64,000 bases of DNA, from assembly GCF_001194135.2 (NCBI RefSeq), contig NC_068987.1, positions 75,770,652-75,834,651 on the forward strand. The letters run 5' to 3'. Positions 62,311-64,000 of the stretch are shown in pieces. Source of the DNA: Octopus bimaculoides (lineage: Eukaryota). The position numbers and the translations under genes are program-made. The notes beneath the pieces are model-generated. The model was not told the DNA's origin, did no database searches, and saw only the letters and a program-made list of their open reading frames with translations. Numbering within the stretch: the first letter of the stretch is position 1; each line of letters begins with the position of its first letter.

Positions 62311-63293
62311 GTTAATGATACTGGTTTTTATATATTGAATAAAGCTAAATATTACATAAATCTATTTAGTTACGAGGACGACTGAGTGGTGAACTCAGTA
62401 GGACGGTGAACACAAGAGTATAATACTTAATTATAACCTTTTACATCTTGAGTTCGGATTCCAGTGATGTCAACTCTTCCTTTGTTTCTTTTCTTCTTTT
62501 TTCCCCTCATATTCTTAATACAATCGATATTTGGACGATAAAGTCGGTAATATTTACTGAGTCGAGATTTTAACTCTGAATGTTGTCAGAAACTAATCTA
62601 TTCACGCACGCTACTATGTCAGTTGCTTCGTTGTTCTCCGAAGCATGTCTCTAGTTATACTTGCCAAAATGATTAAAATAATATTAGTCACTGAGTTAAT
62701 GTTATCTTTAACAAACTACATAATTATTTTTAGCCTATATTTTTTATAATGTTTTCTACGTTAAAAATGTTAACCGTAACTAACTTAACTACACTTTATA
62801 ACATTGGTCAATTACATCGTCACTAGACTAGAGCTGTGTAGGCATCTAATCGACTGAATAATAAGGTACTTACGTTGTATACCGCTGAGGTGTGAAAGGG
62901 ATAGTTGCCATAGATGTGATTTGAACTTAGATCTTTGACTGTTTCTGCCGCTCCACTACCTTTGTATGAGTTATAATAATAATGATATTTAACATAGGTA
63001 CAAAGCCTCAAATTTTCGGAGAGTGACGCAGTCGAATACATGGACTTATTGCTTGATTTTCTCTTATTCTGTCGACCAAGCCAAAATTTGGACCCGGAAC
63101 ATGAATATTTTTATAACATTGATTTCTAGCATTTGGCGCAAGACTTCAGAGCTTTATGGTGGATATAGCTAATTATACTGACTTCAGTAACTATTTCTTC
63201 ATTTAACGATTGAGTATGGATAAAAGGTAATGTCGCCCGTGGCGTATGTTGAACGCGTAACGTAAATATTTCAATGATATTAAGAGCATTTAA

Positions 63294-63850
63294 AGGCGGC
63301 GAGTTGGCAGAAACGTTAGCGCGTTGGGCGAAATGCCTAGCGGTATTTCGTCTGTCTTTATGTTCTGAGTTCAAATTCCACCGAGGTCGACTTTGCCTTT
63401 CATCCTTTCGGGGTCGATAAATTAAGTAGCAGTTACGCACTGGGATCGATGTAATCGACTTAAGCCCTTTGTTTGTCCATGTTTGTTCCCTCTATGTTTA
63501 GCTCCGTGTGTGCAATAAAGAAATAAGAAACGTTAGCACGCCGAGTGAAATGCTTATTTCGTATGTCTATGTTCTGAGTTCAATTTCCGCTGAGGTCGAC
63601 TTTGCCTTTCATCTTTTCGCGATGTGCCTAGAGTAGAAAAGGATATTCTTTTCTACTCTAGGCACAAGGCCCAGTAGAAAAGGACATTAATAGCATTTAA
63701 GATGGAGAGCTCGCAGAATCGTTAGCGTGCTGGGTAAAATGCTTATGATTTGAGTTCAAATTCCGCCAAGTCAACTTCGCCTTTCATCCTTCGGGGTCGA
63801 TAAAATAAGTACCAGTTGAGTACTGGGCCTATAGCAAAACGGATATTAGC
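63294..63850 (+). mobile_element. Cluster of four SINE family A copies/fragments (first with an alternative tail; one tail inverted)
   Basis: Copies at ~63294-63525, ~63526-63647, 63648-63675 (minus) and ~63700-63850. Confidence 0.9.
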
Positions 63851-64000
63851 ATTAGCAGACTCTGGATTGGCAGAAATGATAAAGTGGTGGATTATGTATC
63901 TAACAGTAATCAGACTTTGTATGTTTAATCTAAATTGAAACCCGATTGGTTTATTGTCACTGTTTAATCCTAGCTCATCTCGAACCTCTTTTTCTCTCTC

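Overview
AT-rich eukaryotic non-coding DNA from a fragmented short-read assembly. Most of the many N gaps are flanked by microsatellites. The SINE families suggest an octopus/coleoid cephalopod genome (inference from remembered repeat families, not a search). I found no host protein-coding exon, rRNA, genuine tRNA or CRISPR array that I can support; most ORF-track entries are microsatellite or gap artefacts. The window is a layered transposon graveyard. DNA transposons: several mariner/Tc1 relics (one near full-length with TIRs, one Hsmar1-like 5' half), two Tigger relics and MITEs. Retroelements: Penelope-like RT and GIY-YIG fragments, RLE-type (R4/Dong-like) fragments, RTE and CR1/L2 fragments, and dozens of tRNA-derived SINEs built from shuffled modules. 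The most notable unannotated structures are: (i) minimal hammerhead-ribozyme folds at Penelope-like ends, two sharing a non-canonical CCGAUGA core; (ii) an isolated 96-nt gapless hairpin; (iii) a ~730-bp foldback; (iv) a TSD-flanked 644-bp L1/Tx1-like retrocopy inside a SINE tRNA head; (v) an RLE retroelement bounded by (CATA)n on both sides. Nothing here demonstrates a wholly new system; these are candidates to test.
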